DNA of 64,000 bases, from contig CAZYEL010000002.1 of NCBI GenBank assembly GCA_964646415.1, positions 8,538 to 72,537 of the forward strand. Direction: 5' to 3'. Each line of letters starts with the position of its first letter. Within the stretch, counting starts at the first letter, position 1. Below, piece by piece: positions 1 to 10,391 of the stretch. Under the pieces are notes generated by a model. It worked only from the letters and a program-made list of their open reading frames with translations. It was not told the origin of the DNA and did no database searches. Origin of the DNA: an uncultured Candidatus Saccharibacteria bacterium (GTDB lineage Bacteria > Patescibacteriota > Minisyncoccia > UBA6257 > 2-01-FULL-56-20). A program made the translations under genes and the position numbers.

Positions 1-1469
1 TTTTGGAGCGCCGTTACATCATCGCCATTTGAACCAAGAGAGAGGTCATACATGAACTGATACCCAACGGTCTGCGCCGCCACGGGGACGTTTGGCGCAC
101 TCGCGGTAACTTTCGCCACAAGCTGCAACAGCGTGTTCTGCATGGTCTGGATTTCCGCCACAAGCTGCAACAGCTTGCTCTGCATGGACTGAAGGACCGC
201 AAGCACCTCGGCATTCGTCGAAGCGGTCTGCGGAGCTGCCGCAACCACCGGCGCCGGTGCTGCGGGCGTAGGTACCGGCACGGGCGCCACCGGTGCAGCA
301 GGAGCAGGAGCGGCAACTGGGGGAGCAGCGGCAGGACCGTTTATCACGGTGAAAAAGACGGTGGCACAGTTATTTGAATTCGACGCATCGCACACAGTGA
401 CGAATGCGGAGCCTGGAGCAACGCCGGTAAGCGTGAGCGTTCCCGCGTTCAAACTCGCCTTCACCAGATTCGGGCTTGGATTGTTCCCAATGGTGTATTT
501 CCCGGAAGCGCCCGAAACGGTTACCGGCGTATCCTGCCCCACCGTCACCGGCGGATTTGCCGCGCCAAACACAACCAAAGACTGGCTCGCGGCGGCGGCT
601 GACGCGCTTACGCTCACGGAAAGCGTGCCGCACGAACTTGTTCCGGAAGAACACACGGTGACTACCGCCGTCCCGCTCGTCGCGGGCGCATAGAGCGTGA
701 CAGTCGAACTGCTAAGCGTCGCCTGAACGACGGTTGGATTCGAATTCGAAGTAATGGCGTAATTACCGGTCCCGCCCGAAACGGTTATGGGCAAAGTTTG
801 CCCGGATGAAAGCGTGATATTGTTTTGGCTGAAAGAAACCGTTGCCACGCTCGCAGCCTGCACCGAAATGCTCACAATCGTGCAGCTTGACGCAGTACCG
901 ACATAACAAAGCGTCGCCGACGACGAACCAATCTGGTTTCCGGTCACGGTAACCTGCGTTCCGTTCGCGAACACTGTCGCAATCGTGGGCAGAGAGTTCA
1001 CCAGCAAATATACGCCGGTGGCACTCCCCTGCGAAATCACCGTCGTTGACTGCCCGACGCCAATCGTAACACTGCTTTGGCTGAACGTCGGCGCGCCCGT
1101 GGGCGTGGCCGTCGAAGCCGCCGCACCGGAGGTCGGCCATGCCTGCACCGAGGACTGCTGCCCGTTCACGATAACGTACACCGAGCCGCCGGTGTTGATT
1201 GCGTAGGAAGATGCGCTCAAAGTCACCCCAAACGAACCGTTGGCGTTAGTACTCCCCAATGCGGTCGAAAAAGCTCCCGACCCGGTACCCACGTTGTAAT
1301 AGAACATCACGCCCGCATTTGGGTCACCGGTGACGCTTATCTGCGCCGAATCGCCCCCCGCACTCGCGAGCGAGAGTATCGGCACTGCCGCATATACACG
1401 GGGAACACCGAATACGCCAATAAGGGCGAGAAAAAGTACAACCTTCGGGAACAGAAATCTCTTAGACAT
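1..1469 (-). CDS. Secreted surface protein: signal peptide, repeated Ig-like S/T/V/G-rich domains, Pro/Ala linker, start of a peptidoglycan-binding domain (3' end runs off the window)
   Basis: Manual translation from ATG 1469 gives MSKRFLFPKVVLFLALIGVFG...; repeated FSQ.SVT units with paired Cys; PAAPVAP linker; ends in YQFMYDLSLGSNGDDVTAL. Absent from the ORF track because there is no stop in the window. Confidence 0.8.
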   Translation of the reverse strand, partial: MSKRFLFPKVVLFLALIGVFGVPRVYAAVPILSLASAGGDSAQISVTGDPNAGVMFYYNVGTGSGAFSTALGSTNANGSFGVTLSASSYAINTGGSVYVIVNGQQSSVQAWPTSGAAASTATPTGAPTFSQSSVTIGVGQSTTVISQGSATGVYLLVNSLPTIATVFANGTQVTVTGNQIGSSSATLCYVGTASSCTIVSISVQAASVATVSFSQNNITLSSGQTLPITVSGGTGNYAITSNSNPTVVQATLSSSTVTLYAPATSGTAVVTVCSSGTSSCGTLSVSVSASAAAASQSLVVFGAANPPVTVGQDTPVTVSGASGKYTIGNNPSPNLVKASLNAGTLTLTGVAPGSAFVTVCDASNSNNCATVFFTVINGPAAAPPVAAPAPAAPVAPVPVPTPAAPAPVVAAAPQTASTNAEVLAVLQSMQSKLLQLVAEIQTMQNTLLQLVAKVTASAPNVPVAAQTVGYQFMYDLSLGSNGDDVTALQ

Positions 1470-1559
1470 TACTTTGTAGCATACCATAAACAATCCGAGC
1501 GGGAAAATTGCGATTATTGCGCCGCACACCGCAGATATTGTATTACATCTCCTATAAAC

Positions 1560-2204
1560 ATGCAGCGGACAGTATCACTTTCAACAGCCGTTTTAATCGC
1601 CATCGTGGTGGGAATTATCTCCTACACGCTTGGCAGCGACTACGGGACGACGGGCACTCCCCGCGATTGCGAACCCTGCAACGGTTCGAGTGCGCAGATT
1701 CTCACCATCCGCCGCACCGATGCCATGCCGGACTTCACCGTGCACATTGACTCGGAGCAAACAAGCAGCTCCAAATTCATGGACTTTGCCATCACCAATC
1801 ACTCATCCTCAACCACCTACGATATAAAAGTTTTTTACCTCTTCCCCGGCATCCGGAACGACCACGCCCCGGCGTTTATACGAAACATCAACGTGTTCCA
1901 CGACGCGACCCTCATCGCTCGCCTGGATGAGCTCCCTTATTCTTCCGCCCAGGTCTCCACATCGACGCCGCTCCTTATCCCGCCCGGCGCTTCGCAGAAC
2001 TTCAGCATCTTCGGGCGCGTGGTCGGGTCGTATCCCACCTCCACCGCGCAGGTCGCGATAGGCAACATCTATGCGGTGCCAACGGGAGAAAGCTCAAGCA
2101 CCTCGCCGGAAACCGTATATAAGGAAAGCAACGGCGTGCCGCTTGCGCCGCCCGCAAGCACACCGGACGAATCGCTGGAATCGGCGGTATTCCTGATTCC
2201 GTAA
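1560..2204 (+). CDS. Hypothetical membrane-anchored/secreted protein
   Basis: ATG 1560 MQRTVSLSTAVLIAIVVGIISY gives an N-terminal TM segment; the upstream part of track ORF 1077 overlaps the opposite-strand gene. Confidence 0.65.
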   Translation: MQRTVSLSTAVLIAIVVGIISYTLGSDYGTTGTPRDCEPCNGSSAQILTIRRTDAMPDFTVHIDSEQTSSSKFMDFAITNHSSSTTYDIKVFYLFPGIRNDHAPAFIRNINVFHDATLIARLDELPYSSAQVSTSTPLLIPPGASQNFSIFGRVVGSYPTSTAQVAIGNIYAVPTGESSSTSPETVYKESNGVPLAPPASTPDESLESAVFLIP

Positions 2205-2262
2205 TCTTCGCCGATCAAACCTACGTCGCAAAGTGGCGCTCAGCTAAACGCTTTTTCGAGAG

Positions 2263-3054
2263 CTATATCGAACCAGCGCTCAGCTCCCAAAGAGTTTCAT
2301 AAACTGCCCTCATACTTTCCGCAATGCTTGCGCTTCGGATAATAATGCCGTGTTCTTTGCTTTTGATAAGCGATATGATGCCAACACAATCAGCATAAAT
2401 ATCAATTTCGTTTTTGAAGTGGTACAGACCAGGGGATAGAAAACGCACAGTACGCAATTCTTGGCGGTTTCGTTCGGGAGAAAATTCCTTGATCGCTTTT
2501 TCAGTTTTAGGGATGATTCCCCGCGTGGGGATACCAAGATTTGTGCGGCGCTTCCAATAATTATTCAAAAAGTTTTGGTCAAAACCAGATTCCAAAGATT
2601 CGATCGAAGCGAATGAAAGTATCTGATCGGGTTTTGTCTTCAACGTGTCATTCAAAACTTCTTTGATCCCGTCGACCCCTTCATAAAAAAGAATGGTTGG
2701 CTTTTCTTCGGCAGAAGAGAAATTGGCTTCAAATTCATGCTTGAACAACTCCGCTTTTTCAATCATCTCCGCAACTTGTCCTTGTTTTAACTTCAGCTTG
2801 GCGACAATGTCCGAATACTCCGCCGGCACAAAGTATTTCGTACGATTGTTCTTTTTTGCTCGGATTCTTACAAATCCTTTGCGTGAAAGTCGTTTTAGAG
2901 CCTCATACGCGGTAATTCTGTTGAGACCTGCCGCTTTGGCGACAGCGCTTGCCGAGCCAGAACCCAACTCTAGCGCGGCAAGATAGACCGCCATTTCAGC
3001 GCCGTTTAACCCAAGTTCTATTAAAAAATGTTTGACTTCTGTTTTTATATCCAT
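2263..3054 (-). CDS. TrmB-family transcriptional regulator
   Basis: LGLNGAEMAVYLAALELG...GLNRITAYEALKRL wHTH; C-terminal FYEGVDGIK and EIDIY motifs typical of TrmB-like proteins. Confidence 0.85.
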   Translation of the reverse strand: MDIKTEVKHFLIELGLNGAEMAVYLAALELGSGSASAVAKAAGLNRITAYEALKRLSRKGFVRIRAKKNNRTKYFVPAEYSDIVAKLKLKQGQVAEMIEKAELFKHEFEANFSSAEEKPTILFYEGVDGIKEVLNDTLKTKPDQILSFASIESLESGFDQNFLNNYWKRRTNLGIPTRGIIPKTEKAIKEFSPERNRQELRTVRFLSPGLYHFKNEIDIYADCVGIISLIKSKEHGIIIRSASIAESMRAVYETLWELSAGSI

Positions 3055-3057
3055 ATC

Positions 3058-3173
3058 TGTAGTATAGAATTTACAACATTAATTGCAAGTCGCCACGTCA
3101 ATAACCTTTATAGGTAAAGGAACTATGGTTATTCAGTGGATACTTCGGTAAGAAGTGTAAATCTTAATTTACC
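3058..3173. promoter_or_regulatory. Two imperfect GTA-N10-TAC palindromes, candidate TrmB operators in the divergent intergenic region
   Basis: TGTAGTATAGAATTTACA (3058-3075) and TGTAAATCTTAATTTACC (3156-3173). Confidence 0.4.
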
Positions 3174-3232
3174 TAGTTTGGCTCATCGTATAAAACATGA
3201 TTGGAACATTCAACAAACCAATATGACACGTT

Positions 3233-3841
3233 ATGAAAATTCTTGTTATTGAAGATAAAGATAAGCACCGCAAAGCCGCGCAGGAAACCCTAAGCGCTCA
3301 CGAACTCACAGTCGTTTCATCTTTCGACGAAGGTATTAAGGCCTTGAATCGAAAAGTTGACTACGAATTGCGGGAGCGGCTCGCCAAAGAGGTCGGTCTT
3401 GGAGATCTCCCCCAAACCGGCACCGATGCCAAGAAAGGTGCTTGGTTCAAACTCCGCAATGAGCTGAATGAACGCGCAAGCCAGCAACCCGACTTTGAGG
3501 TGGTGCTCGCCGACATGATGATGCCGATGAGCAGGGAAGGTGCCGCATCCAGCACATACCAGCGTGGTGTCGAGGTCCCGTACGGGTTCGTACTTGTTCT
3601 TGTAGCCGCACGGATGGGCGCCAAATACATCGCAATGGTGACGGATACGAATCATCATCACAGCGCGATGAGCGCATCTCTGGATCACCTTGGAAGCTGC
3701 TATTATAAAGGCGACGAGGAGCCATTCGAAATCAATGGGGCGAAGTGCCTGTTCCTGCACGCTCCATTCATCGAGGATGCCGCCAAAGATTGGGGTCGAG
3801 TGCTCAGACACCTTATCACTGGGTCCGACAAAGAGAAATAA
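3233..3841 (+). CDS. Stand-alone receiver-domain-like protein with insertion
   Basis: MKILVIED and VVLADMMMP receiver-like motifs; atypical VTDTNHHH segment. Confidence 0.6.
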   Translation: MKILVIEDKDKHRKAAQETLSAHELTVVSSFDEGIKALNRKVDYELRERLAKEVGLGDLPQTGTDAKKGAWFKLRNELNERASQQPDFEVVLADMMMPMSREGAASSTYQRGVEVPYGFVLVLVAARMGAKYIAMVTDTNHHHSAMSASLDHLGSCYYKGDEEPFEINGAKCLFLHAPFIEDAAKDWGRVLRHLITGSDKEK

Positions 3842-3858
3842 CTCCCAAGCATTACCCG

Positions 3859-3889
3859 AAAACCTCACACATTTCATGTGTGAGGTTTT
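3859..3889. terminator. Hairpin, probable intrinsic terminator
   Basis: AAAACCTCACACAT-TTC-ATGTGTGAGGTTTT, 14-bp arms. Confidence 0.6.
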
Positions 3890-3983
3890 CAATTTTCTGG
3901 CATCACCTTCCTCACACTTCGCGTGCATACACCATCGCCTAAGTCTGATAAGATAAGCCATGTAAAGGGAAATATCTCACTTT

Positions 3984-4946
3984 ATGCTTATTGATGACGT
4001 AACAATCACGGTTGTTTCCGGCAACGGCGGGAGAGGCGCCGTCGCGTTCAACAAAAATATGATGAGTCTGGGCCCCGCCGGCGGCTCCGGCGGGAATGGC
4101 GGAAGCGTCTATGCGGAAGGTATTCCGGACATCGGCGCCTTGCGGCAGTTCCGCCACAAAAAAGAATTTGCCGCGATGAACGGCGGAGAGGGCAGAAGCC
4201 AATTCCGGGACGGACGCGACGGCGACGACCTTACTCTTAAAATGCCGGTGGGAACCGCCATCCATAGCCTCGACACCGAGGAAACCGTCGAAGTAACGAA
4301 GGTCGGCGAGCGGATACTCCTCGCGCAGGGCGGCCACGGAGGCAAAGGCAACTTTCAATATAGGTCATCCACGAATACTTCGCCCCGAGAGTTCCAGAAC
4401 GGATTCCCGGGCGAGAATCTTACGCTCCGGTTTGAATTGAAACTTATTGCGGACGTGGGATTCGTGGGACTTCCGAACGCCGGGAAATCGAGCTTTTTGA
4501 ACGAGCTCACCAACGCGAAAGCCAGGGTGGCGAATTATCCCTTCACCACGCTCGAACCGAATCTCGGCGCATATTACGAACTCATTCTTGCGGATATCCC
4601 AGGGCTGATTGAGGGCTCCTCCTCGGGCAAGGGACTTGGGGTAAAATTCCTGCGCCACATTGAGCGCACACGGATTCTCTTCCACCTCGTTTCCGCCGAA
4701 TCCCCCGCTCCCGCCGATGATTACCGGATTGTCCGGAAAGAACTGGATACTTATGCAAAAGCGCTTGTCGAAAAACCGGAGTATCTTTTCCTTTCTAAAA
4801 GCGATTGCGTACCCCCTGCGGAACTGAAGAAAAAGCTTGCAACACTGAAGAAAATTAATCCCAAGGTGATCGCCATCTCCATCCACGACGAAGCAAGCAT
4901 CATAAAAATCCAGAAAATCCTGAATACTCTGAAAACGGCAAAGTAG
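3984..4946 (+). CDS. obg: GTPase Obg/CgtA
   Basis: Gly-rich N-domain (GNGGRG, GGSGGNGG), GLPNAGKS, NYPFTT, DIPGLIEG, FLRHIERT. Confidence 0.95.
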   Translation: MLIDDVTITVVSGNGGRGAVAFNKNMMSLGPAGGSGGNGGSVYAEGIPDIGALRQFRHKKEFAAMNGGEGRSQFRDGRDGDDLTLKMPVGTAIHSLDTEETVEVTKVGERILLAQGGHGGKGNFQYRSSTNTSPREFQNGFPGENLTLRFELKLIADVGFVGLPNAGKSSFLNELTNAKARVANYPFTTLEPNLGAYYELILADIPGLIEGSSSGKGLGVKFLRHIERTRILFHLVSAESPAPADDYRIVRKELDTYAKALVEKPEYLFLSKSDCVPPAELKKKLATLKKINPKVIAISIHDEASIIKIQKILNTLKTAK

Positions 4947-5005
4947 TCCAAAGATTGCACAATCATTCCCTAGAATTACCCCTGAAGAAGCCGTATACTT
5001 CACGC

Positions 5006-5356
5006 ATGGGAACATTGCGCACCGACGAACTTGAAAAGACCTACGCGGCATACCGGAACCGCGGCGAGCTGGAGAATGATTGCAAGTTGTGCGGGAAACC
5101 TCCGCGTCAGACTTTCCAACACTGGAAAATTGTGCAGAATGATTTCCCCTACGACAAAATCGCGTCGGTGCACCACATGATTGTTCCGCTACGACACATG
5201 TCAGAATCGGAACTCTCACCGGAAGAAACGGAGGAACTGCGCGAATTGAAAAGCAGCTACTTAAACGAGCACTACGAGTTCATTATCGAGCCCGTGCAGC
5301 GAAAAAAAACTATTCCCAACCACTTTCATCTGCATCTGATTGTCGCGAAGGATTAG
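5006..5356 (+). CDS. HIT-family protein
   Basis: CxxC, NDFPY, and a C-terminal HFHLH histidine triad. Confidence 0.75.
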   Translation: MGTLRTDELEKTYAAYRNRGELENDCKLCGKPPRQTFQHWKIVQNDFPYDKIASVHHMIVPLRHMSESELSPEETEELRELKSSYLNEHYEFIIEPVQRKKTIPNHFHLHLIVAKD

Positions 5357-5361
5357 AACCC

Positions 5362-6291
5362 ATGAAAAGAAACTACGGACCATATCTCATATTCCTCGCG
5401 GCGATGCTCTGGGCAACGGACGCGCCATTCCGCGTACACCTCACGAAAGAGTTAAGCAGCAACTTCATTGTCCTCGCGGAGCACTTCGTGGATGTTCTTA
5501 TCGTCCTGCCACTCCTCTTCCTCCACCGCGCCGCACTGAAAAAACTCTCCGCGCGGCAGTGGTGCGCGGTTGTAGTTATCGCCGTGGGCGGAAGCGCGCT
5601 TGCCTCCGTCGCCTTCACGCAGGCGTTCCACTATGTAAATCCCTCCGTAGCAATCCTCCTTCAGAAGCTCCAGCCGCTTATCGCCATCGGGCTTGCCGCG
5701 GGCCTGCTTAAAGAGCGCATCGGCAAATACTTTTGGGGCTGGGCGGCGCTCGCCCTCTTCGGGGCGTACATCATCTCTTTCCCCAACCTGAAACCGGAAC
5801 TCTTCCCCGGCGAACAATTTAATCCGAACACGGCAGGCGTGGGACTGGCGCTCCTCGCGGCGCTTCTCTGGGGCGCCTCGACGGTTCTGGGAAGATACGT
5901 CCTCCGCAACGCCGACTTCAAAGTAATGACCTCGCTCCGATTCGTCCTTGCCTTTGTGTTCCTCTTGATTCTGAACTTCTGGCAGGAGTCTTTCCCCGCG
6001 GCAGCCCAGATTTCCGCAAAGGATATATTCTACATCGCCGTTATCGCCATCACCTCCGGCGTGGTATCGCTCTTTATTTACTACCGCGGACTTTCGACCA
6101 CCAAAGCTTCCGTCGCAACCCTTGCGGAGCTTGGATTCCCCATGGCTGCGGTGCTCGTGAACTGGTTCTTTATCGCCGACGCGACACTTTCGCAAATGCA
6201 ACTCCTCGGCATGGCGCTTCTGCTTTTCGCCATTTACAAACTGGCGCGCGGAAATTCGACCGAAGTGAATCCACCGACAGCTTCGGCGTAG
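5362..6291 (+). CDS. DMT/EamA family transporter
   Basis: About 10 TM helices in two EamA repeats. Confidence 0.85.
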   Translation: MKRNYGPYLIFLAAMLWATDAPFRVHLTKELSSNFIVLAEHFVDVLIVLPLLFLHRAALKKLSARQWCAVVVIAVGGSALASVAFTQAFHYVNPSVAILLQKLQPLIAIGLAAGLLKERIGKYFWGWAALALFGAYIISFPNLKPELFPGEQFNPNTAGVGLALLAALLWGASTVLGRYVLRNADFKVMTSLRFVLAFVFLLILNFWQESFPAAAQISAKDIFYIAVIAITSGVVSLFIYYRGLSTTKASVATLAELGFPMAAVLVNWFFIADATLSQMQLLGMALLLFAIYKLARGNSTEVNPPTASA

Positions 6292-6293
6292 GC

Positions 6294-7019
6294 ATGGAGG
6301 ATGGAAGAACTTACATGCCCATCACGCACGACGAGCAGCGGGAAAAATGGAACGAGGAGCACCGTACGCCATTCGCCCTTAAGCAAATGGATGTGCAAAC
6401 GGCTTCGAGAGGCGTGAGGCTCTTTTTGGAATTTCTTCAGAGAAAAGATGCGCATAATCTGATTGGTCTTGAGATGGGTTGCGGCAAGGGACGCAATGTC
6501 ATTGGTCTCGCGAGGGAAAACATCGTTACGAAAATGTACGGCTTCGACTTTTCCGACGTTGCCATCGGTGAAGCCCGACGGCGGGCGGAAGAAGAAAAGG
6601 TATCAAGCAAAGTCCAATTTGACGTAATGGATGCCACGCAAACCTGGAAATATGAATCCGACTTCTTTGATTTTGGCATTGACTGCTTCGCCTCAACCGA
6701 TATTGAAAGCATGGAGGGTAGAAAGTTCGCGGTCGGCGAAATGCGGCGAGTGTTGAAACCAAGCGGGTACTTCCTCGTATACGTAATGTCTACCGACGAC
6801 GAATACCACAAAATGATGGCGGTTAAATCCCCCGCTGATGAAGCGAATGCATTCTACAACGAAGTAAATGGTAAATTTGAGAAATCCTTCTCCAAAGAGG
6901 AACTCGATGCGATGTATAAGAACTTTAAGCTTATTGAGTCAAAAAGGATTGAGAAAGCCACGAAGTTCTTCGAAAAATCCTACAACTGCAAACTTCACTG
7001 GAGGGTTTATAAAAAGTAG
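6294..7019 (+). CDS. Class I SAM-dependent methyltransferase
   Basis: LEMGCGKGRN, GFDFS, RRVLKPSG motifs. Confidence 0.85.
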   Translation: MEDGRTYMPITHDEQREKWNEEHRTPFALKQMDVQTASRGVRLFLEFLQRKDAHNLIGLEMGCGKGRNVIGLARENIVTKMYGFDFSDVAIGEARRRAEEEKVSSKVQFDVMDATQTWKYESDFFDFGIDCFASTDIESMEGRKFAVGEMRRVLKPSGYFLVYVMSTDDEYHKMMAVKSPADEANAFYNEVNGKFEKSFSKEELDAMYKNFKLIESKRIEKATKFFEKSYNCKLHWRVYKK

Positions 7020-7044
7020 CGTTGCATAGGGGTATAATGGTCAT

Positions 7045-8211
7045 ATGACCCTCGCACTCACCGTTATTCGCTGGATTTTGGGAGTCGTGTGCGCCCTCTT
7101 TCTTGCCGCGCTGGTGCTCGTTACCGTGGGAATCGGCGTCCCTGCAACAAAACTCGCAAGCTCCGATTATGCGAAGCAAGTCCTCACCGCAAGCGGCATT
7201 TATGAACGGGCATCCGATATCGGAGTGGACTTTGTTCTCGTCAAAGTCCGCGCGACCGCCCAAGGCGCAGCCGCCCCGGGCGACGTGAAATCAATGAGCC
7301 GCAGGCTCGTGGACGGATCCGAACTCCGGCGCGAAGTGCATGACCTCTTCCCTCCCGAGTGGATACGGGCGCAGGCGGAAGCGAATATTGAAGGACTCTA
7401 TTGGTACCTTCGGGGCGGTCCCGCCTTTACACCCGTGCTTGATGTCGCCGGCCGGGAACGCGCCGCGCAGCAATCACTCGGTGGAATATTCAAGGGGAAA
7501 ATCAATGGGCTCCCCGCATGCGCATCGGGCGTCGCGGGCGACATGAACCGCCTCGACATTTTTTCCACAACCTGCTGGCCCGCAAACCTCAAGAAAGCGG
7601 AGGCGCATGCGAAAATCGATGACGCACTCAAAGATGCGCCCATCCTGAAGAGCGGCCAGCTGAACCTCGAAAATCCCGACGCGAAGGTCCTCGCGAATAT
7701 CGAGCCCGTCCGCCGCGCCTACAAGGTTGCCGCTTCCCTCCCCCCGCTCCTCGTCTCTCTCATTGCGCTTCTTTTCGCTCTTTCCTTCTTTCTTATCCCG
7801 GGAAAAATCCCGAAAATCGCCGTACCCGCAGGCATCTTGGGCGCGACCGGCCTCGTTCTTTCCGGTGCCGCACTTCTCTTCCGTACGCAATTCGGAAACG
7901 TCTGGGGCACTTTTGCCGAACCGCGGCTCGTGTCCCATGCGCCGTGGCTAAACGACGCGCTTGAAACCCTCGCTTCTGCCGCCATGCATGGCATGACCGG
8001 AGGATATTTACTCTGGGGCTTTTTCGCGATTGTGCTCGGAGCGCTGTTCCTCCTTACGCTCCATTATCCCGCCGCACTGAAAGCAGTCACCGTGGCGATT
8101 GCGATTATGGGCATTGCGGGCGTAATCGGCACCGCCGCATTCGGCATAAGCATACAAAACCGCATTGCCGCGCTCCGGGAAAATACAAGCTTATCCCTTC
8201 CGGCGAGATAA
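7045..8211 (+). CDS. Hypothetical multi-pass membrane protein with extracytoplasmic domain
   Basis: N-terminal TM, soluble domain with a Cys pair, about four C-terminal TMs. Confidence 0.7.
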   Translation: MTLALTVIRWILGVVCALFLAALVLVTVGIGVPATKLASSDYAKQVLTASGIYERASDIGVDFVLVKVRATAQGAAAPGDVKSMSRRLVDGSELRREVHDLFPPEWIRAQAEANIEGLYWYLRGGPAFTPVLDVAGRERAAQQSLGGIFKGKINGLPACASGVAGDMNRLDIFSTTCWPANLKKAEAHAKIDDALKDAPILKSGQLNLENPDAKVLANIEPVRRAYKVAASLPPLLVSLIALLFALSFFLIPGKIPKIAVPAGILGATGLVLSGAALLFRTQFGNVWGTFAEPRLVSHAPWLNDALETLASAAMHGMTGGYLLWGFFAIVLGALFLLTLHYPAALKAVTVAIAIMGIAGVIGTAAFGISIQNRIAALRENTSLSLPAR

Positions 8212-9381
8212 AACCCGGCCTTCAATCTCAAGAAGGCGGTTGTATTTCGCAATCCGTTCGCCGCGCCGCGGCGCACCCAGCTTGATGGCATCCGCACCGA
8301 CGCCGTACGCAAAGTCCGCGATGAAGTCGTCATTCGTTTCGCTCCCCCGGTGGGAGGCAATTACCATCCACCCATACGTCCGCGCAAGACGCACCGCCTG
8401 AATCGCTTCCGTAACCGTTCCTATTTGATTGGGTTTTATAATGACGCCGCGGACGGCTTCTTCCCGCGCCGCCTTCTCCATGCGCGAAACATTTGTCGTG
8501 GTAAGGTCATCCCCGGTAATACACACCGAGCCGCCCCAGCCGCGGTTCAGCGTTGCAAAATTCCGGAAGTCGTCTTCGCCGAACGGGTCTTCGAGGTATA
8601 TAAGCGGGAATTCCCTGATGAGCCGCGCATAACGCGCCATAAGTTCCCGCGGCGGGCGCCGGATGCCGCTTGCCGCCGCATCCAACCCAAACTCGATTTT
8701 CCGCTCAAGTCCGAGCGCTTGCGCAACACGTCGCATAACGACAAACGGCTCGCGATAATCCTTAAAGAGAGGGGCGAATCCTCCTTCATCGCCCGCATGC
8801 GCGGCGGAAGGGCCTTTCGCCCGCACAAGGTACGCACGGAGCGCGTGATACAGCCGCACCGCAATATCCACCTCGTCGCGAATACTTTTCCCTTCCGGAA
8901 TGACAAGGTATTCCTGAAAATCGAGCCCGTTTCCTGCGTGCATTCCTCCCTCAATAAGATTCACCAAAAGCCGCGGCGGGCGCCCGGGAACTTTGAAGCC
9001 GCCGATGCGCCGGAGGTGCCGCCAGAGCGGGATATTCCCCGCCAGGGCACCCGCGCGGGCGCAGGCAACCGAAGCGGCGAGAATCGCGTTTGCGCCAAGC
9101 CGGCGCTTGTTGCTCGTACCGTCAAGCTTCAGAAGCAACGCATCGATCTTTTCCTGCTCCGCCGGATTGAGCCCCTTCAGTCTAGGCGCGATAATGCGCA
9201 GAATATTGCGCACCGCTTTCTCCGCCGGAAGCGCGCGCGCCTCATGGGTCCCGGCACTCTCTCCCTTCGGTATGGACGCATGCACCGCGATGCGGCCGCA
9301 GAAAAGCGACGCCTCAACCGTCCAGTTGCCCTGGGAATCGAGTTCCTGACGCGCAGTAAGCTTGGTGATACGAAGCGCCAT
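8191..9381 (-). CDS. eno: Enolase
   Basis: GDEGGFAP, EDPFGEDD, GDDL, IKPNQIGT, SHRGSET, RGERIAKYNRLL. Confidence 0.95.
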   Translation of the reverse strand: MALRITKLTARQELDSQGNWTVEASLFCGRIAVHASIPKGESAGTHEARALPAEKAVRNILRIIAPRLKGLNPAEQEKIDALLLKLDGTSNKRRLGANAILAASVACARAGALAGNIPLWRHLRRIGGFKVPGRPPRLLVNLIEGGMHAGNGLDFQEYLVIPEGKSIRDEVDIAVRLYHALRAYLVRAKGPSAAHAGDEGGFAPLFKDYREPFVVMRRVAQALGLERKIEFGLDAAASGIRRPPRELMARYARLIREFPLIYLEDPFGEDDFRNFATLNRGWGGSVCITGDDLTTTNVSRMEKAAREEAVRGVIIKPNQIGTVTEAIQAVRLARTYGWMVIASHRGSETNDDFIADFAYGVGADAIKLGAPRRGERIAKYNRLLEIEGRVLSRRKG

Positions 9382-9386
9382 GGGAT

Positions 9387-10391
9387 TTATTTCACGACAT
9401 TCTCCGGCTTCCCATCCATGAAACTCCGGATATTGCGGAGAGTGGTTTGCAAAATGCGCTGCATCGCTTCTTTCGAATTAAAGGCGTTGTGCGGCGTGAT
9501 GAGCACGTTCGGCATCCGTATCAGCTCGTGATTACGCAGCAAAACTTTGAGCTCGCTTTCACTCGGGTGCCCGGAAGAGAGGAAAAGCATCTCGTCCCGC
9601 GATTCGTTTTCCTCTTCAAGCACATCGAGTCCCGCACCGCCCAGTATCCCCTCTTGCAACGCCATAACAATCGCTTCCGTTTCCACAATCGCGCCGCGGG
9701 CGGTGTTCACAAGATATGCGCCCCGCTTTACCGTGCGTATATTCCCTTTGTGTATAAGGTGGTGCGTCTGCTCGTTATACGGGCAGTGCACCGTGATGAA
9801 ATCGGAGGAAGCGAGCAGCTCATCCAACCCCGCATAGGTAAACCCCATGCGCTCCGCAAGCGCGGAATCAGGGTACGGGTCATGCGCAACGACATTCATA
9901 TCGAATCCTTTCGCAATCTTCACCGCTTCTCTCCCGATACGGCCGGTGCCTATCACGCCGAGCGTTTTCCCGCGCACATCCACCCCCCGCAAATCATCAT
10001 TGCGGAACGTCCCCGTTTCCTTCACCCGGTCTATCCCCTGATATATTTTTCTCGAAAGATTCAAAATGAGGCCGAACGCGTACTCCGCGACGGTGTTATC
10101 GCCGTAGCCGGGAACGTACAGCACCGTTACTCCCCGCCGCTTCGCCGCAACGATATCAATGTGGTCATACCCCGTGGAACGGGTGGCGAGGCACTTCAGT
10201 TTCGGAAACTGCGCGAAGAGCGCATCGTCGAACTTTGTGTGTACGAATATCGCCGCAATTTCGATGTCTTCCCGTTCCTTCGGAGCGACTTCCGTGCATT
10301 TTTTTTCGTGCAGCCGCAGCTCTTCGCCGGGAAACGCCGTGCGGATTTCCGCTTCCTCCCAATCCTCGACTTGGAAAAATCCTATCGTCAT
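9387..10391 (-). CDS. D-isomer-specific 2-hydroxyacid dehydrogenase (D-LDH/glycerate DH-like)
   Basis: TRSTGYDHID, GTGRIG, VNTARG, GLDVLE, ITPHNAF; start MTIGFF at 10391 overlaps the ppsA stop. Confidence 0.9.
   Translation of the reverse strand: MTIGFFQVEDWEEAEIRTAFPGEELRLHEKKCTEVAPKEREDIEIAAIFVHTKFDDALFAQFPKLKCLATRSTGYDHIDIVAAKRRGVTVLYVPGYGDNTVAEYAFGLILNLSRKIYQGIDRVKETGTFRNDDLRGVDVRGKTLGVIGTGRIGREAVKIAKGFDMNVVAHDPYPDSALAERMGFTYAGLDELLASSDFITVHCPYNEQTHHLIHKGNIRTVKRGAYLVNTARGAIVETEAIVMALQEGILGGAGLDVLEEENESRDEMLFLSSGHPSESELKVLLRNHELIRMPNVLITPHNAFNSKEAMQRILQTTLRNIRSFMDGKPENVVK

Noticed and set aside
111-174. 22-nt direct repeat at 42-nt spacing
   Set aside because: It encodes a duplicated LLQLVA coiled-coil unit within the surface protein.
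1077-1559. N-terminal extension of track ORF 1077..2204
   Set aside because: It overlaps the real minus-strand surface-protein gene; the TM-bearing start at 1560 is more plausible.
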